From positions 44,270,001 through 44,334,000 of the forward strand of contig NC_045697.1 of NCBI RefSeq assembly GCF_009834535.1: 64,000 nt of DNA, in the 5' to 3' direction. The notes under the pieces are model-generated. The model made no database searches. It saw only the letters and a program-made list of their open reading frames with translations, and was not told the DNA's origin. Shown piece after piece: positions 52,075 through 64,000 of the stretch. Each line of letters starts with the position of its first letter. Positions within the stretch are counted from its first letter, which is position 1. The position numbers were made by a program, and so were the translations under genes. Origin of the DNA: Camelus ferus. Its lineage: Eukaryota.

Positions 52075-52330
52075 ATTTTTTAACTGAAGCACAGTCAGTT
52101 TACAATGTGTCAATTTCAGGTGTACCGCATAATGTTTCAGTCATACGTATATTGTATATATACACACACATATATTCCTTTTCATGTTCTTTTTCATTAT
52201 AAGTTACTGTAAGACGCTGATTATGGTTCCCTGTGCTATACAGTATGGCCTTGTTTATCTGTTTTGTAATAGTAGTTAGTTTCTGCAAATCTCGAATTCC
52301 CAATTTATCCCCTCCCACCCACCAATCCCC
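52075..52330 (-). mobile_element. L1 3' end
   Basis: ttttaactgaagcacagtcagtttacaatgtg...gttccctgtgctatacagt...tcccaatttatccc. Confidence 0.8.
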
Positions 52331-54689
52331 ATGTAAGAGCCATGCAGCCCAGGCCAGTCTTAATTACCTGTGTTTCCCCAGCCCACAGAACAGGGCCTGA
52401 GGTGGGAAGTGCTCAATAAATGTTACTGGATGGATGGATGGATGGATGCAAAGCACTCACTGCAATGCAGAAAGAAACTATTTAGCATTGCTGTGTCTTA
52501 AGTTTGGAAGTCATTCCTTCCTTTGCCCTGTTAAATGTGAAACCCCTGGCAGGCAGGTCGAAGTCTGCATTGTGTACAGTTGTACCCTAAGCTACCCCCA
52601 GAGAGCTTACCGTGTAACAGGACCTCAACATTTTTTTTGTTGAGCTGTCACTCTTTGTGAATACAGGTAGGACCCAGAGATACAAACTTACAAAAGTAAA
52701 TAAATTAGAAAACAATTCTTAATTTTACAGAAGTATTGAGTACAGGTTTCCTTTCATAAGCAGGTCTTGAAGACATGCCTGAACTTGGAAAACTTATTTG
52801 AAGCACATATGATGGGGGCATGCAAGATACACTCACATCTGTGAGGACTGTCTAATCACAGAGCCACTCGAGAGTGTCAGTGTTAGAAAGTGTACCTCCC
52901 CTCTAAGATGTCACCCACTAAGCCCCAGGGATAAGATTACGCTAAGAAGTGAAACAGGCAAAGACTGTTTTGTGGGCTGAATTTTGTCCACTCAAATTTA
53001 CACATTGAAATCCTAACCCCTAGTCCCTCAGAAGGTGACCATGTTTGGAGATACATGGCCCTCAGAGGGGTGATTAAGTCTCTCTGCAATTTCACACTAT
53101 AATCATTCTCCCCAGGTATGAGGCAATGACTTCACCCAGAAGGCTGCCTTCCCAAACTAACACCCCATCAACCTCCCAACAGAAAACAGCACTAGAAAAT
53201 GTTTTGCCTTTCTTTCTAATAATCAGCAGGAGTTTATTTAGCCGCCACGAAGGGGGAAACACAAGACTGAGCATACCTGGGAGATAGATGGGTATTATTT
53301 CTGACTCTTAAGAAGAAAACAAATTCATGCGGAAAGGAAGAAATCAAACCTTCCCCATCTCCCATCCCATCGCCCAAATACGAGCACATCATTTGGACAT
53401 TTTTCACAACTGCTTTTCTCAATGTGGTAGAAAAATAAGTGACTTAGTAAGTCCTGAGCCTTCCCTCAAGGATTTGACCCTGGACGTATTAAATGAGGGC
53501 TGGTAGTAGCAAGAGGTCAGTGTTATAGACAGAAAGACTTACATGCTTTCACTGAAAATAGGCCAGGCATCATCAAACTATTAAATACATTTTTTGCCTT
53601 TAATAGAAGCTCAAATCAAATGTCTCACTCAATCAAACTAGATTAGGAGAGAAACCATCTGTCAGCTCTGGGTTTGGCTCCAGCAGGGCTGTTTTGAATA
53701 CCATTGGCTGAAGTCTGTTTGTATCAATAAAAAATTATCTTAACTGCTCGCTGCCAAAAGTCATTTGCCTATCATTGTCCACTCCTCGGAAGCTGAACTA
53801 ATGTTTCCTGTGGCTGTGAGTGTCTGTGAAATAACATCACAAGAGAAATGCCTACAGGCAGCTGGAGAGGGTGAGCTGATAACAGCAAGGAGGCCTCTGT
53901 AGGAAGCGATAAGGGGCCAAGTGCACAAATGGCCACTGGCCACTCTGCAGAGCACCAAGACAAGACGGCTGGGCCGATCTGGAGGATGTGGGCTGCACAG
54001 ACAGGTTTATAAGGAGTCTAGGGAGTGTCACTGATTTCAGATTCTGGTTCCCTTGATGCCTCACACTCAGATGTAAGACCTAGGAAAGCAGCACAGGGTG
54101 TGTGTGCCCACGTGTGGTATGCGCGAGTGAGTACTCTTAATCTCTCTTCCTCCTCATCACTATCACCATCCTTCTTCCCCTCCTGGTCCTCCTCCTCCTT
54201 TTCTCTCCCCATCTTTGTCTGTGTCATTTTACTCGATGTCATGCGTCACTGAGGCCCTTACTCTGGCAAGGGGAACTGCTAAGAGGCCAGAGACCGACGG
54301 TCTAGAAGCTGGCCAGTGCCCGGCAGATGCACACAGCTGGGGAGAAGCACAGCAAGGCAACATCTTTCCCGGACTTGCCTTCTCTGAGGCTGGATGATCT
54401 CTCCCTGAGAGACTGTTTCCCCTCTGTAGCTCCCTTAGTATGCCAGATGCACTTGTTGGCTCCCTGCTTAGGGAGGCTGACAGGCATGCATTGTTTCAGA
54501 GAGCTGGCTGGGAATGGAGAACGGGGAGCGTCAGAGGAAGGAAGGAGGCGAGTGAGGCCCACGTGTCAGTTCCCCAGGTCCCTCCCTGCGGGGTGGCTGC
54601 AGTCTGGCTGCATCCTTCAGCTGATAGTCGCCGTCCTGTCTCTCTGTCCTTGAATCCAAGGGGCTAGTGGTGCCCTGCTTCGCCAGCTC

Positions 54690-55200
54690 TGCTCTGTTAC
54701 TTGTGGTTGTGTGACAACCTCCCTACCCCATGCCTTTCGGAGTACTGCTGGACGACAGCCACGGAGGTGTGCCTCTGAACTCTTCTTTCAAGAAAGAACT
54801 TGCTGTTCAGCTACAAGGCTGTAGCTAACTGCCTTTAAACTTTGAGATCTATTGTTATTGTTGTTGTTTTGCTACACTCTTCCCGAACAGCCCTAGCCTG
54901 TGACGGAGCATGGTGGGTACCAGGGCCTGGCCATTTCTGCCCAACAAGAGGGACTCCACTAACCAGCCATCTTCCCCCAGCCCTCGTTGGGTCAGCTAAG
55001 ACTTTGTCAGGTCTGAATGGTGCTCTGAGGCTCCCTTGCCCAATCCTACCTCCTTTGTGTTCTTTCACGAGTATCAGATTGGCACCAAAGAGCAAAGCCT
55101 TTCCCTGTTCATTCCTGCTTCGCCCACCCTTTTATCTTCCACAGGAGTTACCCCCAGTAAATCAGTTACAGCCTAACTGCTTCCTGGAGAATCCAACTAA
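54690..55200 (+). mobile_element. LTR16-like ERVL LTR
   Basis: ttcaagaaagaacttgctgttcagct, ggccatttctgcccaac and an end tgcttcctggagaatccaactaataca. Confidence 0.55.
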
Positions 55201-55786
55201 TACATGCATTTTTAACACTCTTTTCTATCTGATTGTTCCCCTCTTCCCTCCCGGTCCCCTGGGAGACCCCTTTGGTATTCATGGGATGGCTTTTCACAGG
55301 GATTCACAAACTGACTGGGAAGGAGAAGCCCCTGGGCCCCTCCAGGGCTGCCCTGCCCTGGACTATGGATGAAGAGAAATGAAACCCTGAGACCCCAGTT
55401 CCTGTCACCTCCAGGCTTCCTCATCCTTGACCCCTCCTCCCCACCCCGGTGCATCCAGGCCTGAGCACAGGATCCTGAGATAGCAGGGGAATCTGGAGAG
55501 AAGGGAGAAGCTGCTGGATGGGGGCAGCCAGCAGGGACAATAATAAGTGCAAGTCTCTGGCTTTTCTCAACAGAATCTTAGAAAAGCACATTTAATCCTA
55601 ATCGATTGGAGGAAAATGTCCAAAGTCATTGAAGCAGTGAGGCAAAAATTGTACCAGGAAAGGTCCAAAGTCTATTCATTAACCCTGGAATATAAACTTG
55701 TCACCTCCTGGGAGCTGGGCTATTTGGGCTTTCCAGGCCTGGTCAGTGCTGTAAAGAAGAGGAAATTAAGAATTGGGGGTTCTCTA

Positions 55787-55876
55787 GGGAGAGGGTATAG
55801 CTCGATGGTAGGGTGCATGCTTAGCATGCATGAGGTCCTGGTGCAATCCCCAGTACCTCTGATATGAAAAAAAGAA
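55787..55876 (+). mobile_element. tRNA-derived SINE, short form lacking the 3' tail domain
   Basis: The same head runs directly into an A tract. Flanking repeat GGGTTCTCT at 55777 and 55881. Confidence 0.8.
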
Positions 55877-57299
55877 GCGAGGGTTCTCTGCAGGCAGGAT
55901 GATTCTGAATTGCTTAGGTTAGGACCTGGGGTGTTGAATGCACTTTGGGGCAATATTTAGGTTAGTAATTTCTAGCCCTATTTTTGCAACACTCCACATA
56001 TTTTCTAATTCTCTCAAGATGGGGTGAGCGCCCCCAGACCCTAAAGACGAAATTAACTTAGTTATGAAAAGAAAATCCATCCTAAAGAGCCTACATTTTC
56101 TAGGGAGAGTCTGATTTCAAGGGTTCTGACCTACTAGCAAAAAATACACTTAAGATCAGACCATCTTCTTTGGGGTTCAGAAAATTTGATCTTATTGTTC
56201 ACGCAGCATTTTTAGGAGAGGAAAAGAGATGAGGAAAAAGAAATACAGCTGTGATACCCTTGAACTTCAGAAATGCTAGGATTCACTCCCATTGTATCAG
56301 TCGTTGGTCCTTTCACATTAATAAACGAAGCCCAGGGGTTCTCCACTAGTGTGTCCTGCCACCGAATCCTTGGATTTGTAAATTTTCCTTTTCTCTTGTG
56401 GGGGGAAGGGTGCCCAGGGAAATACCAAGTGAGGGACGGAACTTGCCCATCCCCCAGACAGCACGGAGCAAACCTTACTTGTCAGGCACCTGGGCTCCAG
56501 GCAGCTTTCTGATCCTGAGGTTCTTCAGCTGGGATCTTTCCTCCACCTCCACGTGTCACAGGTACCCTACTTGGGTTGGGATCAACATTTGTGACCAGCC
56601 CTCATTCTGGCTGCTGTGCACAAATATGTCCCTGAACAGCAGCAGAAATGCAGGACCTCTTCAGGCTCCAGCTCTGGCCATACGGCCCTGCTGCCCTCCA
56701 GTCTCCCTCCCCTTCCATGGGTCCTGGATGTGACCCCGCAGGAGACTCAATCAGGGCTTGAAACACGGGGCAAGCTATCCTCTCTGTGCTTCTATTCTCT
56801 GTCTTCCTTGGACATCCCCCCACCCCAGGCAACTCTCCACACTTCCCCTCATCCTCTCCTCTCCTCTTACCTCGCTTTTCTTTTGTGATTCATTTCCTTG
56901 GAATCTTCCCTTCACTTGATAGCTCTCTCTTGTCTTTTTCAATTATTTTCCAAAACTCCCACTGGAAACCAACTCTTCATGTCAGCACTCCAGCAGAGAA
57001 GCTGCTCCTCTCCATCACCCCACATCATTGGGAGCAGGGAGGGGAGGTAAATATTCTCCTACTGGCCACCTTCCACTGACATTTCCAGTCCATTACTTCT
57101 CCACGCTCGGGCAAAAACCTGCTCTTTTGATCCTTCTCCTCTAATGTGCATGTGTTCACATAACCGCCACCTCCCTCTTGCAGCCTCCAAGTCATTCCCC
57201 TCCTACGCAAAGCACTTGGCCATCTTGTTTACACACTTTCTCTCTCTCTCCACCAACTTCCGGGAGAAGTTCCTATTGTCATGTTTGTGTGAACAGTGT

Positions 57300-57700
57300 A
57301 TCTGTATTAACTGGAATCCATTTGGCTGTACTTGAAATACCCAAATAAGTAGCTTAAATAAGACAGAGTTCTCTCCTGTAGGCGGATCAGGGAGAGAATG
57401 GTGAATCCATGTTACTGGGGACCCCTGTGTCTTTCTGCTCCACCACCCTAGCCTGGGTTTGCATCCTCAAAGTGGCCTCAGGATTCAAACTTGCTAAAAG
57501 AAGAAGAAGGGAAAAGAAATGGCAAATGGGTGCAACTTCCAGGCGTTTGCTCACTTCAAAACTTTCCCTAGGTCCTCCCAATAACTCCCGCCCAATGCTT
57601 CTACTTACACATACTCTTGGCTGCCCCAACTGCAAAGAAAGCTGGAATTGCTGTCCTTCAGCTGGTCTCTTTGCTGTCTGGAGTAAAATCAGTAAAAACT
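57300..57700. mobile_element. Old MLT1-type LTR
   Basis: agtagcttaaataagacagagtt...ggctgccccaactgcaaagaaagctggaattg. Confidence 0.5.
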
Positions 57701-57964
57701 AATATCCCTGCCTTGCAGTTCTTGTCCAACATCATTGACTTTCATGTCTACTCCACTGCAGCAACCTGTTTCCCGTGACCATTCTCTGTACTTTGTTAGC
57801 CCAAACCCTTCACTTCCTGATCGTGCTTTAATATCCTACTCTCTGACCCTCACCATCTACCCTTGCAATTCCCATGCTCTCACATCTGTTCTTCCACCAC
57901 ATGACGACATCAAATCAAACCCCTCGATCCTTCCATTTCCTCTCCGACACACACACTTACAAAA

Positions 57965-58275
57965 TGTTCTAGCACTTTGGGTTTTTGAAGAGCCAGATAC
58001 AAAGGTGGAATTAGATGTACAAGAGAATTATTGAGGGAAATCCCTGTGAAGATAAAAGGGGAAGGAGCAGGAGTGACCAAGGAGAGCCTTTGAACCATGA
58101 TGCCGGCGTGATACCTGTGAAAGGAGACAGAGAAGGAAGGATTGAGGAGGAAGGACCTCTGACTGCAGCGTAATTCTGAGAAAATCTCAGTCAGGTCATT
58201 GAAAAGTCCTTGAGCCAAAATTGTTCATTAGAGGTTATCCTGTGTTTGGCAGAAACAGCCCAGATCCAGTGTTGC
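57965..58275 (-). mobile_element. LTR16-like LTR fragment
   Basis: tacaagagaattattgagggaaatccctgtgaagataaaagggg...cctgtgaaaggagacagagaaggaagg. Confidence 0.5.
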
Positions 58276-59189
58276 CCCTGTGTTCAACTCCCTGCCCTTT
58301 TGGTCACCCACACATTTATCCACATCCCCTGCAGTTCGTATACTTCTCCTAAAATCCCAGCAGAGGCTCTCTCTGCCTTCCTTCCTGGGTCTTTTATTGC
58401 TTGCTTTCTATGTCTTCCAGGTCTTTGCCTCATTAGTTAGTCCATTTGCTTCTGCTTCTTCAACTCTACCAGCAAGAGGTGACAGCAGGAACATAAAACA
58501 GCACAGGGCAAGAGGGAGGTGGTGGTCAGGAAAATGCAAGGGTTTGGTGGGGCTGGAGCGCAATGTATGAGGTAGGGATCCCTTCACAAAGTAGGCTAGG
58601 GCCACTTAGAGAGGGCTGTGGGCTATGCCAAATAGCTTGAACTTCATCGCACGATAGGCAGGAGGGAGCCACTGAAAGGAGTTAATCAGGAAATGACATG
58701 GAAATGTCACTTAAGGAATTAATCAGGAAATGTCAGATTAGCATTTCATCTGGGTCACTCTGGGAGCAGCATGAAGAGAGAATTTCACAGAGCAGAGACC
58801 AGAGCTGGGGCCTGGAGAAGACCTGCTAACGGATAATCACAGTGGGCCTGGGAAAGTGAGAATAAAGACTATAACGAAGAGACTCAGAAACAAAAGTGAA
58901 GATGTTAAGTTGGCAGTAGGATGTGTTTCAGGTGTCCGAACTCTGCGCTCAGCTTTTACAGAGCTGTCCTTCCTTCCCCTCGGGGAGTGCACCTCAGCAT
59001 CTCCCAAAGCCACGATCTTATCTCCCTCCCTCCTAGATCTGTCTTCTCCTGCTTGGGGGTCAAGGTCAACTCCACCCACTCCTGTGCCTCTAGGGTAATC
59101 TACCAGGGCTTTACAATTCTACTTCATAAAGGTCTCCAAAGCATATGTCCCCACCCCCACCCCGAGGGTCCCATCCTCAGATCTGGTTT

Positions 59190-59770
59190 GCCAGGCTGCT
59201 GCAGCACACCCCTCAATGCTCCCCTGCTGCCACTCTTTCGCCCCAGTTCACCCTCCATGTTGCTGTCAATGACTTGTTTTTCCTCTGATTGCAATCTTTC
59301 AATGACTTTCATTTGCTTCAAGAAAAACCCAAGCCCTTCAAGATTGTATGTAAGACCCTCTACCATCTGGCTGCAGAATGCTCTCGAGTTTATATCCCAG
59401 CCTTCTCTGTCTGCAGTGTTGTGCTCTGGTAATAGGAAACCTGTATGCTCCTTGAACACACATGCCGTTTCATATCTCCATCCTTTTTATACACTTAGCT
59501 TTCTCTCTATAGCATCCCTATCTTCCGCACAAACCTAGCACACTCCTATTTATTCTTTAAAACCTGCTGTTGCAGAGTCTCTCTAACGTCCTTCTCACAC
59601 TGTGTTCATTTTATCTTGTATTATAACAACTTCTTCCCAACTAGTGTGTAGATGCCATGAAGGCAGGGGTCATGAAAGTCTTGTGTCTAACATTTTATCT
59701 CCAGGACTTAGCGTAACTCCTGGGACGGAATGATGCTCAATAAATATTTATTGAATAAATAAATACTTAT
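59190..59770 (+). mobile_element. L2 3' fragment
   Basis: Ends gatgctcaataaatatttattgaataaataaat, a typical L2 tail. Confidence 0.55.
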
Positions 59771-61489
59771 TTTGTCTCCTCTGGGAAACTTTCTGAGGGC
59801 AGAGACTGTGTCATATTCACCTGTGTATTCGCCCCAATAACCTGCAGGTATTATAACAAAGCTGCTGAGCTAGGAAAGTTGATCTATTAATTTCTTACTG
59901 TATTGGGTGTAAAATTTTTTCAAGTTCCTCATTTCACTTAATGCTTAGGTATTTAATAAGTGTCTGTTTCATTCGTTAGAAATGAACCTTTCGCTCTCTG
60001 GTAGCACACACATGTTAATGGCATTGGACAAAGGGAAATGGAAAGAGGAAGTGATGGATTACCTACCTAAACCACTTCTCTACCTCTGATGTGTCCACTT
60101 TTGGATACTTCATGGGCTTAAGCCGATCTTCTCTATCCCACGCACACATCCTGCTGCTCTCAGGACTAATTGTAACCAGCAGGATATTACAGAGGCACAT
60201 GCCATCAGATCGGAGAGTCTTCCTCTTTCTTCGGTTGGTTATTTTCAGAGTCCAGGGCTTTGGACACCAGCCAAAAGCAGCTGCAGGAACTGGGCACAGA
60301 TCCAGGCTATGGACAAAGACTGAAGGCAAAAACTCAAAGCATTATAGAAGACAAGCAGGACTTCAGAGCTAAGTTGTAAACAGGGACCAGAGTACAGTGT
60401 CCTCTTCCCCTGAACTCGGAAATTAGGCACAATTTTAAGAATAGAACTACGGAAGGTAAGGGTGTAACTGGAAGTTTCCTTTAGCCAAAATATCAAGGTA
60501 TCACCTCAAGTGAAATTAGGCTGCTGTATATGTGAGTAAAGTTGCTACAGACACCCTGCAAGGCATTAGTATGTTGAAAAGATTTTTTTTAAAAGGGGGA
60601 GGAAAGAGTTAGTTCATCAAAAGGATGGTGAGCCACATAAACCATAGGGTCTGCCATGAAGATCCTGTGTTGTCTGCACAGAGCGAGGTTTCTCTAGCCC
60701 ATGGTTAACCTGTACAGGCCCGGGGGCCAGTGTACCCCAACAATAGACAAGGGTGATCAGACTGTCAGAGCCTGATGCCCCTGGACACATGGCCTCTGAT
60801 TCTCTTTGCTCCGACTCATGACCAGCACTCACTCTTCTAATTATGATTTGATTTCTCCTATAGGATGAGAACTCACTAGGTATTACAGTCCATGTGTCAG
60901 TACATGCCTTTCTCATTGTAATTAATTCCCCAGACTGTTGAATTGCTCCTCAGTCTCTTGTGAGTTAGGCTACAGTGAGTCTTTCCTGGAGGATTATCGA
61001 CACAGTCATCTTTCTGCGCCTACAGAGCGGAGGGCCTGACCTGAGAAAGGTGATGTCAGAATACTAACTGGAGAGTCCTTTGGTGAGCAGGCACCCAGCC
61101 AGCCTTTCCTTGCAACATCCTGCTGTTTCAATAAAGGCCCTTTCAAGCTGTCATCATAAGGCCAGCTGTGTGGACGGCTGAGTGGTACAAGAAGTGGTAC
61201 ACAAGGAAGGGTACAAGAATAGGAAACTGTGTGTGTGTATGTACACATATGTATCCAGAGAAAAATAACTTCTTAACAATGTGGGGAAACTCATCTAAAT
61301 CATCAATCTGCTGTGCCACATGGTCTTCCGTTAAAGTTACACTTCTTGTTACAGAGGCTTCCTCAAAGTTAATACTGGATGGATAGACCAATGAATGAAT
61401 GATCGAGTGAATGAATAAACATCAGGTACCTAATTTTGACATTGAACTTAATAGCTCACAGGTATTAGTACAAAGTTGCTAAGCTAGTA

Positions 61490-61788
61490 CTGTTGTCTGA
61501 ATACTTGTGCCCCACTCAAAGTTCATATTTTGAAATCTTGACCCCCCCAAAGATGATGGCATTAGGAGGTGGGACCTTTCGAAGGTGCTTAAGTCATGAA
61601 GATGACGTCTTCTTGAAGGGATCCCTCACCGCTTCCACCGTGCGGGGACACAGAGAGAGGGTGCTGGCTATGAACCAGGAAGAAGACCCATTACCCAATG
61701 CTGCTGGCACCCTAATCTCGGACCTCCAGCCTCCTGGTGTTTATAAGCCACTGTTTGTGACAGCAGCCCAAATGGACTCAGACAGCTA
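61490..61788 (+). mobile_element. MLT1A-like MaLR LTR, internally deleted
   Basis: attaggaggtgggaccttt and gctggcaccctaatctcggacctccagcctcc...acagcagcccaaatggactcagaca. Confidence 0.75.
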
Positions 61789-64000
61789 GGAAAAATGATC
61801 TGCTACTTTCTTTTTCTGTATTGGAAACAAAATTGTTTTTCCAAGTTCCTCATTTCATTTAAAAGATGACTTTAGGGAATAGCTAAATTCAGAATAGAGC
61901 CAAATAATAGAGTATGATGGATTTTCCCTGAACTAAACAAGTAAAGAATTATCTGTTTAAAAACCCCTCACATTAGAACACAATGGCTTAAGCAAAGGAA
62001 AATCAAAAAGCTGTGCTGAAAGAAACATTTAAAGATTCATACTGAGAGGGTGAGGATTCTCTTAATCTGTGAATCTTATATCCACATCAGTAGGGAAACA
62101 AAGACTATGAATAATATTTAGACCACCATTTTCATCTTTGCAGAAATGAAAATCTGGGTAGTTTTCATGACTCATACTTTCAGGACATCATTTTAAATCC
62201 ACATAGGAAAATCTTTGGGGGTGGTGAATTGTGCACAATATTAGTGAATAACTGTTAGATGGTACATCAGTCAAAAACCAGCTGGTGAACAAAATGATGG
62301 TATCATTTTTTCAGTGCCTCATCACAAGATGTAAAAACATTTCACTGAACCACCAAGTGATTGTTCATATTAATCGAGATAAAAGATATAATAAGCTGCA
62401 GACAGAAGCCCCCACGTCACACCGGTGCTCCCAGAGTCGGGACCCGCGAGAAAATCTGGAGAAAAGCCATGCAGCCCAGGTTTCCTTGACAACCGCTCCA
62501 TAGAACCGTGTTGAAAGATAAACTCCAACAAAGCAAGCGGGAAGACTAACTGATGAACAGACTCCCATGTCTAAGAGGGTCTTGCGATTTGATGGTATTC
62601 TGTGAACTATTTCTAAATTTAAATAGAAATTTAGGTGGCTGTGTGTTTTAAACCTCACTTCTCTCCTTTCACGGTTATTTTTTGTGGAATTCCCCGGTGT
62701 CTTTCTCAGTTCCAAAATAAGAAACTCCTTGTTAAAAAGGCTAACAGCCACAGTTGATTACCACTTTGGAAAATCTAACCTAGAAGATAATTCTTTCTCA
62801 TGTAAAACCAAAATCCCCGCCAAAGGGGTAGCAGGTGAGCCAGGCAAAGGTGAGTGGCAAATGGGAGGGAGTTCTTGGAGATTTAATAACAACTCTAAAA
62901 GATTTCCTTGTGTGTCAGGATGGCCAAGTGATCTAAGGCGTCAGACTAAAAGATCTCCTTGTATGTGGGTGTGATGGATGCCTCGATGGTCCTGGTATAC
63001 CACCAGACAACAGGAACTTAGTTCACAGCCCGAACTGTCACAGAAAAGCAAGCACACACCAAGAAAGAGAAGGCGACTGTTCTAGTAGGTCAGCCTCTTT
63101 CCAGCTTGCTTGCAGAATGCAGATGTCTCAGCCAACAATTCCAGGTGCAGGAAGAAACCTGTATGCAAACAGTTGAACATTTGAAAAGGGGCGGGGACAG
63201 AGAAGCGATGAACAACAATGAGGACAAACCATCCAAAGGAACCCAATATGTTGGAACCAAAGAAACCTTTGAGGTGTTTTAACAGTACTACTGAGCCAAG
63301 TCTGGTCACCCAAAGAAGAGAGACCAGAAATGTAATTACTCCAACTCTGAGTGGTAAATACATAAAATAAAAAGCTGGAGAGAAAGCAAACCAGAGTAAA
63401 GACTTAAATTAATGGAAGTACTCTAAGAAATCACTTTTCTCTTTTCTTGTTTTCTCAGTGATAGCTTAGATGCCTTTCCCCAAATGTGCAATTAGCTCAA
63501 CAGAACGAAGCAAGGATAGAAATTGCAGTGGACACCAGAGTGGATGAGGGCAGACACAGAATTTGAGGACTGAAGGACAGTTGCTTTGCCGGTCACCTGT
63601 GTGGACCGTGATGAGGAAAATTTAACAGGTCCTTGAAATGCTGAGCCTAAGCAAAATACTTGGATTTATTCCATCTTAAGTAAAACAAACAACTGTTCCT
63701 CAATTTCAACAACAGCAAATCCACAAGAAGTTAGAGTCCTTTCGTTGTAGGAGGGCAAAGTGGGATGTCCAGGTGGTGAGCCCCTTCAGCTGTTGACTTG
63801 ACCTTGTCCCTTGTCTGATTCAGTCTGAGAGACCAGAGATGGGTCTGCATGCAGCACAATGTCAGTCTGGCTGTTGGGCCATCTCAGCGAGGGTACTTGC
63901 TTCCCATCCTAATACAGGGATAGTAGATAGAAACAGGTTAGCGCTCACAACTCTTGCCTTCCAAGAGAGGGATTCTCAACTCCAAGGCATTTCTTGTAAT

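Noticed and set aside
58921..59538. Longest ORF in the track (205 aa)
   Set aside because: No recognisable domain, Ser/Leu/Pro-rich composition, and overlap with L2-derived pyrimidine-rich DNA. Treated as a chance ORF.
45750..64000. Exons or promoter of a downstream gene (TMEM150C is the neighbour in human, as I recall)
   Set aside because: No CpG island or recognisable coding exon was found. The region appears intergenic, although a lncRNA cannot be excluded from sequence alone.
1..64000. CRISPR arrays, operons, rRNA, mitochondrial insertions or foreign DNA
   Set aside because: None seen. Composition and repeat content are uniformly mammalian nuclear.

Overview
Mammalian genomic DNA, very probably a camelid. 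The taxon is inferred from seven copies of a tRNA-derived SINE resembling the camelid vic-1 family and from the absence of recognisable Alu, B1/B2 or Bov-A/BovB elements. The only supportable protein-coding gene is the 3' half of SCD5 (stearoyl-CoA desaturase 5) on the + strand. Three coding exons (10460-10665, 40433-40665, 44212-44402) splice in frame to 209 aa plus stop, including His boxes HRVHH and HNYHH, followed by a ~1.3 kb 3' UTR with two AATAAA signals. The first exons lie upstream of the window. The rest is intron and downstream intergenic DNA rich in repeats (SINEs, L1, L2, MIR, LTRs, hAT and Tigger DNA elements, microsatellites). The most notable observations are: (1) an intron segment at ~23.7-24.0 kb that looks homologous to the human SCD5 isoform-b alternative terminal exon but is frameshifted here; (2) a compact solo LTR with intact promoter motifs and a palindromic octamer; (3) a G-quadruplex motif and miRNA sites in the 3' UTR, one lying between the tandem poly(A) signals; (4) a head-to-head fusion of two L1 tails forming a hairpin. 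I found no evidence for a wholly new gene system. Repeat family names and human comparisons are from memory and need database confirmation.
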